A stretch of 20,000 nt of DNA from Chiloscyllium plagiosum. Lineage: Eukaryota. The notes under the pieces were generated by a model that saw nothing but the letters and a program-made list of their open reading frames with translations, was not told the DNA's origin and made no database searches. Position numbers and translations under genes: made by a program. Within the stretch, counting starts at the first letter, position 1. Each line of letters starts with the position of its first letter. The stretch is from NCBI RefSeq assembly GCF_004010195.1, contig NC_057718.1, positions 58,835,016 to 58,855,015 on the forward strand, given 5' to 3'. Positions 10,037 through 20,000 of this stretch are shown in pieces.

Positions 10037-10571
10037 ATTATAATTATATATCCCTTATTACAAGTTCATGATTTAGACAGTGCTATCAGGGAAATTCACA
10101 AGTGGAGGGCAGCTGCTTCCCACAGTGGGCTGACATCACTTGACACCCATCAGAAAAAGAGCACAGGGACACATTGCTCATCTGTACTTTGATCCTAGGA
10201 CTGGTACAGCAAGGCTAGGGAGCAACTAAATAAAGGTGATTAAAATAAAAATAAAATGTTTAGATAAATGCATTAAATTACAACAATCCAAGTTATTATT
10301 TAGAGAGCACAAACAAATAAAGATCGATTACTGTCATGAACTGTTATGATTTATGTAAAACAGCCCTCTGCTTTCTATTCTATTCCATTCTACAGTGAGA
10401 AACATAGCTTGCAGCTACAGCAAGCGGAGCGGTCTTGTGGGGAAATAAATAACTTATATTTTAGTAAATTATTTGAGGCAAGAGAGAACCCCTGAAAATG
10501 CTCCACAGATCTTTTCTGTATTCTCTTACTAGTGAATTGCTTCTGTCAATAGAGAAACTGCTGGATATATT

Positions 10572-10898
10572 CAGTTTGCTATTTCAGAATATAAGAAGTG
10601 ATCTGAAGTTAACTTCTTGCATCAAACCCAGTCCTTTCCAAAGATCGTGCAGATGGTGCATAGTTATGGCAGTATATTATTAGTCAGTTTCACTTCTCCT
10701 GACATTAAACTTTACTTCTCACTGTTCTTTGAATCTGAAACCTATGGTATGGGGTACCTAGTCTTTTTTAACTGCATGATGACTAACCACAGTTCAAATT
10801 TCGAAGAAAACATTCATGGTAGAACTATGCAGCCCTCCTGGGAGTGTTAATTATAAGTTACTTTAATCAGTCCAGAGTAATTGGATTTCATTGACACC
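10572..10898. repeat. Right arm of the long inverted duplication (probable donor)
   Basis: Reverse complement of 9547-9874, separated by a 697-bp spacer. Confidence 0.97.
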
Positions 10899-11165
10899 TT
10901 AATGATCCCAACTAAGTGGATCTATCATGTCTCATGTCTTGTCAGATTCACTGTGTCTGCCTATCCCACATGTCTTCAATCTACTTCTTATCTGTGATAT
11001 ATCCAACTGCTTATCACATCAAATGCTGCTGTTAGATTGGGTAGTATAGATTCTCCATCAGAATATAACTCCTTTCAGATGTCTGCATCAAGCTCAGTAA
11101 AAATAGAAGCTCATCAATAACTGTCAGTCTTGGAGAGAATTGAGACCTGGGTGAGTGGTGACCAG

Positions 11166-11372
11166 AGTTGAAACTTTATTGCTGGAACAGCGCAGCAGGT
11201 CAGGCAGCATCCAGGGAACAGGAGATTCGACGTTTCGGGCACAGGCCCTTCTTCGGGCCTGTGCCCGAAACGTCGAATCTCCTGTTCCCTGGATGCTGCC
11301 TGACCTGCTGCGCTGTTCCAGCAATAAAGTTTCAACTTTGATCTCCAGCATCTGCAGACCTCACTTTCTCCC
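11166..11372 (+). mobile_element. 207-bp Penelope-like fold-back mini-element (family A): perfect 83-bp hairpin + 35-nt tail, 14-bp TSD
   Basis: Arms 11166-11248 and 11255-11337 are exact reverse complements around a TTCTTC loop. Tail at 11338-11372. TGAGTGGTGACCAG is duplicated exactly at 11152-11165 and 11373-11386. Each arm contains the hammerhead half GGGC-CTGT-GCCC-GAAACGTC-GAAT. Confidence 0.9.
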
Positions 11373-12119
11373 TGAGTGGTGACCAGTGAAATGAAGAAGC
11401 ACCATTCTGTAATGTTTTAAGACAATGTGAAGGTAAGTAAACTAATCATTGCTTCTTAAACAAAAACAGCAGCACAGGTCACAGTATACTTTAAAGGGAT
11501 AACATCCACAAATACTATTTTAATTATTGGCAAGGCCAACTATAAATGAGCACATGCAGCCTTTAAAAGTAAAGAAGGGTAAGAGAGATAGGAGACTGTA
11601 AAAGGGGAGAAATTATAAGAAAATAAACAAAATACAATAAATCATGGTCTACATCAGAAAATAAGCCTGGACAAGCAGTACACAATATGGCTGAGTGAAG
11701 TACATCCATATAAGGAAACAGGAGTGTAGAAAGGAAACATTAACGGAAGGAGGAGCTGTTATTTGTATTGGTCAAGAATGTCAATTTATATAGTACCCGT
11801 AGGTTAAAGGTTATTAACATCACACAATACAGTCAGCAGTTAATTAGTCTGTAGAGACCATTGGATAGCTTACGACAGTCACGCGTAATAAGCAAAAGCT
11901 TAGATGCTGGGGTAGATGTTGAGAACATATAAGCCCTGAAGATAACATGGACATCAAAGTCATGTTGGAATTAAGAGGACCTAGCATCTCGCAATAAAAT
12001 AAACTGCATCTTGTTATTGCAGTAAAGGATTAGCATAAAAGTGAAAATATATAAATACACTCAATTTCTTCAATACGAATTGGCTTTAATGCAATTGAAG
12101 TATTTAGACCACTATTTGT

Positions 12120-12869
12120 AGAACACACATATTCCTTACCTGCATTGGCGATAATGCAGTTCCGGCCCCATTAGTTTAAATGGCATGGCAATTGCACGAT
12201 TTTCTCAAAGCATGAGAAAGCTTGAGAACGGAACTATTGCGTTATTGAATTGAATTTATTGTCATGTGTACCGAGGCACAGTGAAAAGCTTTGTCTTGTG
12301 AGCAATACAGGCAGATCACAGAGTTAAATAGCATAGAAAAGTAAATAATAGGTAAACAGCGGCAAAGACAAAAAACACAGGTACAGGTGAATGTTAAGAG
12401 TTTGTGAATCCATTCAATATTCTAACAATAGTATGATAGAAACTTTTTTTGAAACCGGCTGGTGCATGTGTTCAGGCTTCTCTACCTTCTCCCCTGATGG
12501 TAGAGGTTGTAGAAAAGCATTGCCAGGGTGGGATGGATCATGGAGAATGCTGGCGACCTTTCCTTGACAGTGGGCCTGGTAGATGGGTTCCATAGATAGA
12601 AGGTTGGCTTTTGTGATTGTCCGGGCTGAGTTCACCACTCTCTGTAACTGTCTCCAATTTTGAATGGCACGGTTACCATATCAGGTGGTGGTATATCCAG
12701 ACAGAATGCTCTCGATGATGCACCTATAAATGTTGGCAAGGGTATTTGCCATTATGCCGAATTTCCTCAGCTGCCTGAGGAAGAAGAGACGTTGTTGGGC
12801 CTTTGTAACCAGTGCGTCCACATGAAGAGTCCAAGAAAGCTTGTTGTTGATGATCACTAACCGATTGTA
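12120..12869. mobile_element. Possible Tigger/pogo-like DNA transposon end, interrupted by the Rex1 LINE
   Basis: GAACGGAACTATTGCGTT (to 12243) joins across the LINE to AACCGATTG-TA (12859-12869), resembling a CAGT..-type TIR end with a TA target. The other TIR is not clearly found (TACAGTCAG at ~11828 is a weak candidate). Confidence 0.38.
12244..12858 (-). mobile_element. 5'-truncated Rex1/Babar LINE
   Basis: ORF 12681-12929 contains LSWTLHVDALVTKAQQRLFFLRQLRKFG..YRCIIESILSG and ORF 12414-12638 contains ASILHDPSHPGNAFLQPLPSG, both hallmark Rex1/Babar RT C-terminal motifs. The 3' end reads GACAATAAATTCAATTCAAT. Confidence 0.92.
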
Positions 12870-15199
12870 TGTTGTTTTGAGTTGTAACCAGCAGAGTGTC
12901 GTGGAGCTTGACTCTGAGGACTCTCCCATGCTGCGTTGGAAAAGCTTGAAGAAAGTCCACCTTGTTATGATCTACTCATACTGAAGACTCAATTTATGCA
13001 ATTTCCTTCAACATAAGGTCAACATGTGTTTAAAGAAGAATTCAGAATGAAGTGAATATTGAATATAATCACCAATAATCAGTAAAGTTCTATAGAGCTA
13101 TAGAAATTACATAATATTGTATAAATAAGAGAATCATAGCTGAAAGAACAACATTTGATGAAAGCAGAATGAGCTAAGAATGTGTTACAAAAGCTTAACC
13201 ATTAGCCCAGACAGACATTAGAGTATTGAAATAATTGAGCCTCAGGGAAAATGCTGCTTGGTTGTCAACTCTGGCTTTCTGATCTCTTCTTTCAATGACA
13301 CAATGTTTATTTGCTTTGATAAAGAGGTTTCAAATGCTTGCAGTTTGTGTGACTGATTTTTAAAGGGTCAGAATGATCGACACTTGTTGTCTTTTACTAA
13401 AATAAGATTTTGTTAAAGAAAATGGGAATTAATCAATGAATGGCTTTCAAATGAATTTTAAATATACATATTATAATGATAGAGTTCACTGCTACTGTAC
13501 ACTCTGTTTAGGTGAATAGCTCTGGACATTCCACAGTCTGTCATGCTCTCCTCAAACCAAGTTGCCTTGACTGCAACATCCAATCATTCTTTGCAATTAT
13601 TTCTTGCTTTTTCTTCCAAGATGGGCAAAAATATTCCATCCACTGATTTGTACTGTCCTAACAAAATCCACCTCTAACACTAATTGTCCAACAGAGCATG
13701 ATGTTTAAACAATGATGTTACAGCCCATTTTAACATGAACTATACACTTCAATGTCTTTTCTTAGCTACACATTTCAGCACTATCAGGGTACAGTGTTAG
13801 GCAGTGCATCTTAAATTACTAGCTCTTAGTCAGTTGTGCTCAATGAGTAAAACAGAGATTATCTGATAAAGCATATTAAAAAAAAATCTTTAAGGAGTTA
13901 GGTTCTTTGCATTTGAAGGAAGGCGAACTATGTCATAATCATTCTGTGCTTAGACATCCCACACATTTCTCAGACATCCGCTTTTATAAGATAATAGGAA
14001 CTATGTTTTTGCATTTCCATTAAATTCAAAATAACACATTAAGCACACTTGCTATTTCAAACAATTCAACAAGCTTTTAGTACCTTATTAAAGTACAGTT
14101 AAACACTGTTAACCATTCATCTGAGGAGCTGAGTGGCTGCCCACTCCAGGGCCACTATAATGAAACAGAAGGAATCCATTTGGTACATATCGTGTCCATT
14201 GAAACCACTCTTCTCCCATTCCTTTTATGAATTGTTAATGTTCCATGAGTAATTGATTGAAGCTGCCCTGAGTATCCATCTTCCAGTTCCTACAATGTTA
14301 ACAATGTGAATAGCTGAAGGAAACTTCAAGCAACTTTGGGCAGTGGTTTATTAAAGACAGTTAATCATTTGTTTCTGGTTATATAAAATATTATTAAGTA
14401 TAGAGAGGCCAGAGAGTTACATATTATAAATAAGCACATTAAACAGTATGTAGTAAAGGACTAGATTATTTAAAGTTCATTTATCAACAACAACAAAAAA
14501 AATCATTTTCACAATGTAACGTGATTTTTTTCATAACTGCAATTAATCGACATTACGTTATCCTGTGACGAGACTTTAAATTAAAAGACTGTGTGACTCC
14601 TGGTCTTCACCTATGGTAACTTGCGCAGCTTATGGTCGAAACACTCCAGCCTGATAACTTTATGAACAAAAGGCATGACCTCAATAAGTTGAGGCAAGAT
14701 CAGGGTTTGGACCTGGGTCTCATATTTTCAGTTTAGGGTTTGCCATTTGCACCCCATCTTTTCTGAACTGAAATTGAGCTGGGTCCTGTGGCTGAGCAGT
14801 TCTCACACTGCTTCCTTTTTTTACCCTTCTGGTTTATACTGGGCACTGCAGGGGGGGCAAACAGCATGGTGCTGATGCCATGTATTTCAACTAATCCATT
14901 CTTCCTAAAGCTGTGCTGAATAATTTGACATTTAGACTTAGACTCATGTGTGTCGAGAAATGCATGAGACAGACAAAGCACATGCTTAAACCTGTTTTCT
15001 GTAGCTTGCTTTATTCTTTGAACTGGACTCTAGCCTGAAGCCACAGGCTATACCTAGATTGGTGCCATTCGACATCAAACATGACTGACCAGGAAGTACT
15101 TCAGCTTTTTCCACCTGACACAGTTATGTTAGAAGGGCTACAGTTTGAGAATCATCCTGTTTAGCCACATTATGTGCATACCTTCAACTGCAATTGGGT

Positions 15200-15266
15200 T
15201 ATGGAGCAGGACTCGAAACCAGAGCATCTGATTCAGAGGTAGGAATTTGCAACCCACTCAACCACA
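15200..15266 (-). mobile_element. Degenerate tRNA-derived SINE head
   Basis: Minus strand TGTGGTTGAGTGGG (A-box-like)..CCTCTGAATCAGA..GGTTTCGAGTCC (B-box-like, 15209-15220). Confidence 0.45.
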
Positions 15267-15861
15267 TATCCCTTACTGAGTTATTTTAGTGCAATTTAAA
15301 TGATGGCATTTGAACACCAGAGCAAACAGAGTGACAGACACTCTCGAATCTTTACTGGTGAAGGAGACCAAGATGGGGGATGCTGTGTTTATGTAAGGAG
15401 GCAGTAAGTCTTTGAACAATCCTCAGAAGGGTTGGAAAAGCAGGAAGACAAGGATATAAATTCCTGTTCTCAATATCCAAAGCCCTGACAGTAATGCTCT
15501 GCAGAGTTTAATGACTTCATGTGCAAGGTGAATTTTCACAAGACTTCTCCACAACACCACTCTCTCACGCTGCTCTATGGACCATATTCCCATTGCTCAT
15601 CCATCATCAGTATCTAATACCCAAGATTCAACATCCCAGGGCTCCACATTGCCCTCACCCACTTACCATTGCTTTCAATCCTACACCCATCCCTTTCTAT
15701 CTCCACATGCTTCCAGCTATTCAACTATGTCAGAAACATTATCCGTATCCTGGTGGTGCACAATCATAGCATTCTAGCCTCTGTCTTCAGCTCATGGAGG
15801 CACACAATAAGAAGAAAGGAAAGCGGAGCCAACAGAAAACAAGAGTGTCTGTGTGTTCTGA

Positions 15862-16591
15862 CCACAGGTGACCCCATTGCACTATACACACACACAGACA
15901 GACACACACAGACAGACGGACACACAGACACTCTTACATGCACACAGACACTCCTATACACACACACAGACTCCAATACACACACAAACCCCTGCAGACC
16001 CATACATTCACACAGACCCTCTCTCATACACTCACACATACACTCCCACACTCACACATGCACCCTCTCACAGACTTATACCCCTTCACAGTCACACACA
16101 TGCACATACACACTCTCGCTCACAGACATTCATACTCGCTCCCCCACCACCTCCCTCCCACCCCCACACACAGATGCACACATACACATAAACATTTGTG
16201 GGGTGAACTTGTACTTGCAGAAATACATTTCCTATTGCTGAAAAACTGCATGATTCCATGTAAGATTCTGTAAATCCAGTTTTTAGATTAGAATCAGTCT
16301 GACCATTGTGGCACAGACAGTCTCACACAGGGCAGCTCACAACTTAAGTGCATTATCTGGGCTGACATGACACCAATTGTTCTCACTTTTGCGATTTTGC
16401 GATTTATATATGGAAGAACTGAAACCAACATGTTTATTCTAAAAGATGAGAGACTTAACAAACAATCCAGGTCTTTTTCAATATATAATTTCAGTTAAAT
16501 CACACTGTAACCTTTTGCTATAAATTCTGTCTTAAGATCTTATACTCCACAACTACCTGAGGAAGGAGCAGGGTTGTGTGATTTTTAACTT
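15862..16591 (+). mobile_element. Penelope-like pLTR insertion (family B relative), direct orientation, 12-bp TSD
   Basis: Collinear similarity to 4607-5066 (TAGAATCAGTCTGA, AAAGATGAGAGAC, TAAATTCTGT, TACCTGA, GTTGTGTGATTTTTAAC), preceded by a CA-rich tract. TGTGTGTTCTGA occurs at 15850-15861 and 16592-16603. The hammerhead is truncated after CTGAGGA-A-GGAGCAG (16557-16571). Confidence 0.78.
15887..16190. repeat. (CA)n-rich compound low-complexity tract inside the PLE
   Basis: Interrupted CA/CAGA/CT runs. Confidence 0.9.
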
Positions 16592-17694
16592 TGTGTGTTC
16601 TGAGCCTGACAAAGGACACGCCTTTCACTGTCATGGATGTGGTAGTGACCAAGCCCATGCCATCCCGCATCACTGAGAAAATATTCCTGCCTTATGTTCC
16701 TTCATGACTCCCAGAACATTTTCATCTAGCTATTTGGCTATCTGGCCATGCAGAAAGAGCCTCAAAATGCCTTTCACCACAACAAAGTGGCACCAGGCCA
16801 AGGGCATAGTGTCAGTAAATTTCACACCCTCAGTGTTAAACAAATTGCACTTCAATACATTGCTTAAAAGTTAAAGCTTAGTGAGGTTATAGGTGTGTTA
16901 AATTAGATATTTTTAATGCTGCATTTTGTTGAATCATGGGAACTACATGCTCACTAATATTAATAGCAATCAGGGTATGAAAACTCAATAATCATTTTTG
17001 TTTTGCATCAATGAGTCTGGTGCATCTAATACCCATTGAGGGCAAATCATGTTAATATGAATGCACCCATTATAGTGTGGGTGATATCCAAAATTAGCAG
17101 AATTAATTTAACAAGCCATGACCCTACATGGCCAATAAGGAACTTAAAAGTGAAATAAAGAGTAAATATAATCTTGACAAGTCTTGCAGAATAGAATGAG
17201 AAGGAGCTTAATGGCATGAAAGTTTTTAAAATGTTGAACCACAGGGTGATAACAATGGCAATCAAAGTGTGAAAAGAAAAAATAATTGTAAGGACAAAAG
17301 ATTTCAGTGAAATATTCATTCAGTGCCACAATATCGGGAAAACAAAAAGGAGATTTGGGGAGGGACTGAGTCAGCTGATGGATATTGGTCAATCATTTTG
17401 GGATGCATAGAATACTGAGGCTCCCAGAAGCCAAAGCTATTTCTGCATGTTTAGAATGCAATTATACAAGTATTTACACTGCTGCATGTGAAAATGGTCT
17501 TAACTGGAATGTAAGTGTGTATCCCTCCTGCCTCAGTGAACTCCAACATTATGAAGCTCTGGCTTGCTGCCGGGGAAGAGCTCAATATCATTCTCATGTT
17601 TAATTGGAGTCAGATGTGACAGGAACATGTTATAATGCACTGATACAGTATAAATACAGATAGGATTCATGCACTCAAACAATGTGCATGGATT

Positions 17695-17910
17695 AGCCTT
17701 GGTTCAGTTACAATTTCACTTCTGTGTTAGTCATTTGCGGATATCACCTAATCTGATATTTCATCACATTACCTGAGTGACCACTGCCTTGTTGTAGATG
17801 TCATCATTTGAATAAAGCATTAAACTGAAATGCCACTGGATTATGCATTGTGTAATTTCTTTTTAATTCCTGACATGATACCATTAGCATGTTTTCAGGA
17901 GACTTATGAG
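17695..17910 (+). mobile_element. Possible ancient Deu-domain SINE (SacSINE1-like) relic
   Basis: CTGAGTGACCACTGCCTTGTTGTAGATGTCATCATTTGAATAAAGCATTAAACTGAAATGCC resembles the Deu-domain block CTGCACTGTCGGAGGTGCCGTCTTTCGGATGAGACGTTAAACCGAGGCC (recalled), with an A-box-like TAGCCTTGGTTCAGTT upstream. Confidence 0.4.
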
Positions 17911-18629
17911 CATCTGCTGATACAGAATGGTAGCAGTGTTTTACAGATCACCCAGAAAATCTGTGACAACACATCTCTTTTACATACATGTTGTTGCATG
18001 AAGCTCTAGACAGTGATGAAAAGAGGTTCCTATTTTCTTTCGTACCTACCCACTTGTACCAGCTGGCATTAATACATACTGGAAGGGTTTGCAGACTAAT
18101 ATTTAATCTGTTTGGCAGCATTATAAACCCAGAGAATCTGTTCCAGAGGCAGTGAGGCTGATGTGTCATAAGAACTCCATAGAAATGTTGCAGACATTTG
18201 CTGGAAGACAAGTGGTAAGGCTTTGTTCAGACATCAAGTAATTTATTAGCTCAGTCATGAAGGGAATTCTGGTATTCATTAATACAGGATTCATAAAGTG
18301 TTGATAGTGCCTGCATCTGTAATTTTATTGAAAATTGCATTGTGCATTTTGTCCATTTAAGATGATTGTGCACACTTGTACAGCGACACGGAGTGTGCAT
18401 AGTAAGAGATTAATCCTAATAAAGGATCCAAGATCAGCTGCTCATACAGTTCTAATCTTAAATGCCTCTGGCTGACTATATAGGAGTTACCGACACAAGA
18501 GCTGTACAATGGTGGCAAGATGATGAAAGATAAGAAATATTGCATTCAGATATGAAAGGTTTAGCCTTTGAGATTTAGCAGCAGAAATGTTTTCATAACA
18601 GACAGAGTAGGAGTTTAGCATTTACAGAG

Positions 18630-19150
18630 ACAATTGGGGATGAGCCTACCCGTTGGGTCTCACCCATAGATGCATTAAGAAAACCCCGAGTGAGAACCAG
18701 AGTGGGACCAGTGTTCATATACAATGTCAATTTCAAAGCCCACAGCAAGAAAGGCACTTGACACCAATAATTAATGACATCATGGAGAAAGTGCATGGTG
18801 CGAGACACTTCAATGAACTTAACCTCAATGCAGGTGATCATCAAATTGAGCTTGCAGAAGAATTGAAGGATCGTACAGTATTCCCTACTTACGATAGACT
18901 TTTTTTCAATTCATGTGGAACAGCTGTGGAGTCTATTCAGCAACAGAGGATGTTCTGTAAATGATTCACTCTTGTACTTCCAGAACTTGAAGACAGACTA
19001 AACATCAGTGATGACGTTTTCATCCTTGGTTATGCTGAAACTGAACTTGAGATATTGCTAAGTGCATCTTCAAAAATGTAACCTTATCTTGAACAAAGCT
19101 AAGTGCTTCTGCTGAGAAATCAGAATCAAATACTTCAGTAAAACATTCAA
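18630..19150 (+). pseudogene. Gypsy reverse transcriptase fragment (separate decayed element)
   Basis: WVSPI motif (~18654). ORF 18653-18964 contains QERHLTPIINDIMEKVHGARHFNELNLNAGDHQIELAEE..TVFPT (cf. GA..FSKLDL..GYHQIEL..TAF.T). NISDDV at 19001-19018 is YxDD-like, and LILNKAKC follows at ~19083-19106. Confidence 0.88.
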
Positions 19151-19275
19151 CACTGAGCTGCCGAAATTTGAAGTCACTATAAACATTGCAGAGCCAACAA
19201 AGATGTAGGAAGTCTGTCACATAACAATAATTGTTTTATTCATGACCTCATTATATTATCTGAGTCCCAATGCAT

Positions 19276-19843
19276 TAGAGTCATAAACACAGAAACAGAC
19301 CCTTCGATCCAGCTCTTTCGCACTGACCAGGAATCCTAATCTGACCTAGTCCCTTTTGCCAGCATTTGGTCCATATCCGTCTAAACCCGTCCTAGTCATA
19401 TATCCATCCGGATGCCTTTTAAATGTGTAATTCTACCCATGTCCACCACATCCTCTGGCAGCTCACTCCATACACGCACCACCCTCTGCATGATAAAGTT
19501 ATCCCTCCAGTCCTTTTTTAATATTTCCCCTCTCACCTTAAACCTATGCCGTCTAGTTTGGACTACTCCAACCAAAGGAAAACAACATTGGCTATTCACC
19601 CTATCCATGTCCCCCGTGATTTTATAAACCACGATAAGGTCACCTCTCAGCCTCCAAAGCTCCAGGGAGTGAAGCCCCAGTTCTATTCAGTCTCTCCCTA
19701 TAGTTGAAACTTTCCAATCCAGGCAATATCTTTGTAAATCATTTCTACATCCTCTCAAGTTTAACAACATACTTTCTATAGAAGAGTAACTAGAATTGTA
19801 TGCAGTATGGTAAAAATGGCCTCACCAATGTCCTGTACACCTG
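19276..19843 (-). mobile_element. CR1 LINE 3' portion, interrupted by the hairpin element
   Basis: ORF 19396-19632 VYKI..TRRHRFKVRG..FIMQRVVRVWSELPEDVVD; tail ATGACTCTA; similar to 5508-5944. Confidence 0.95.
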
Positions 19844-20000
19844 AAAATGTGTTGCTGGAAAAGTGCAGCAGGTCAGGCTGCATCCAAGGAACAGGAGAAT
19901 CGACGTTTCAGGCATAAGTCTGAAGAAGGGTTTATGCCCGAAACATTGATTCTCTTGCTCTTTGGATGCTGCCTGACCTGCTGTACTTTTCCAGCAACAC
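19844..20000 (+). mobile_element. Second, older family-A Penelope-like fold-back element (runs off the window)
   Basis: Imperfect inverted arms ~19849-19918 and ~19931-20000, clearly homologous to 11166-11337 (TGCTGGAA..GCAGCAGGTCAGGC.GCATCCA.GGAACAGGAGA). Confidence 0.88.
19920..19951 (+). ncRNA. Minimal hammerhead ribozyme motif with intact catalytic boxes
   Basis: CTGAAGA-A-GGGT-TTAT-GCCC-GAAAC-ATT-GATT. CUGANGA, stem II and GAAA are intact. The opposite arm shows GAAACGTC, so stem III and the GUC site have decayed here through CpG transitions. Confidence 0.65.

Noticed and set aside
9547..10898. A single DNA transposon with 328-bp TIRs
   Set aside because: No TSD around the unit (CCTCAT versus TTAATG), no transposase remnant, and LTR-like sequence straddles the left arm. 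Disfavoured but not excluded.
11114..11382. Overlapping ORFs on both strands with near-identical peptides (VETLLLEQRSRSGSIQGTGDSTFRAQA)
   Set aside because: A direct consequence of the perfect DNA palindrome; no coding support.
12890..13016. Possible coding exon (SVVELDSEDSPMLRWKSLKK..)
   Set aside because: Stops in all three plus-strand frames, weak splice sites and no recognisable homology.
15669..16273. His/Thr-rich and Cys/Val-rich ORFs up to 190 aa (also 4386-4669)
   Set aside because: Read-through of CA/GT dinucleotide tracts, which lack stop codons.
18630..19150. RT fragment as the missing RT of the 1786-7514 Gypsy element
   Set aside because: Opposite strand, 11 kb away and no shared flanks; more simply an independent relic.
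1..20000. CRISPR array, operon or other prokaryotic system
   Set aside because: No regularly spaced repeats or dense long ORFs; the repeat content is vertebrate.

Overview
AT-rich eukaryotic, repeat-dominated non-coding window. The repeat content (HE1-type SINE, CR1, Rex1/Babar, Gypsy and Penelope-like relics) points to a cartilaginous fish, probably a shark; this is inferred from family recognition, not from a database search. No intact host protein-coding gene is supported, and the ORFs in the track are TE remnants, microsatellite read-throughs or chance ORFs. Main structures: (1) a decayed minus-strand Gypsy element (~1786-7514) that lacks most of RT/RNase H and carries three nested insertions (solo LTR, Penelope-like fold-back element, CR1). 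(2) Five Penelope-like (PLE) pLTR-derived insertions from three sequence families, each with a minimal type I hammerhead-ribozyme-like motif. Three are fold-back elements; two of these have a 35-nt unpaired tail and 12-14 bp target-site duplications (TSDs), and one is a perfect 83-bp hairpin that looks very recent. (3) A ~328-bp, ~92% identical inverted duplication (9547-9874 / 10572-10898) whose left copy appears to interrupt a solo LTR, suggesting templated DNA repair.
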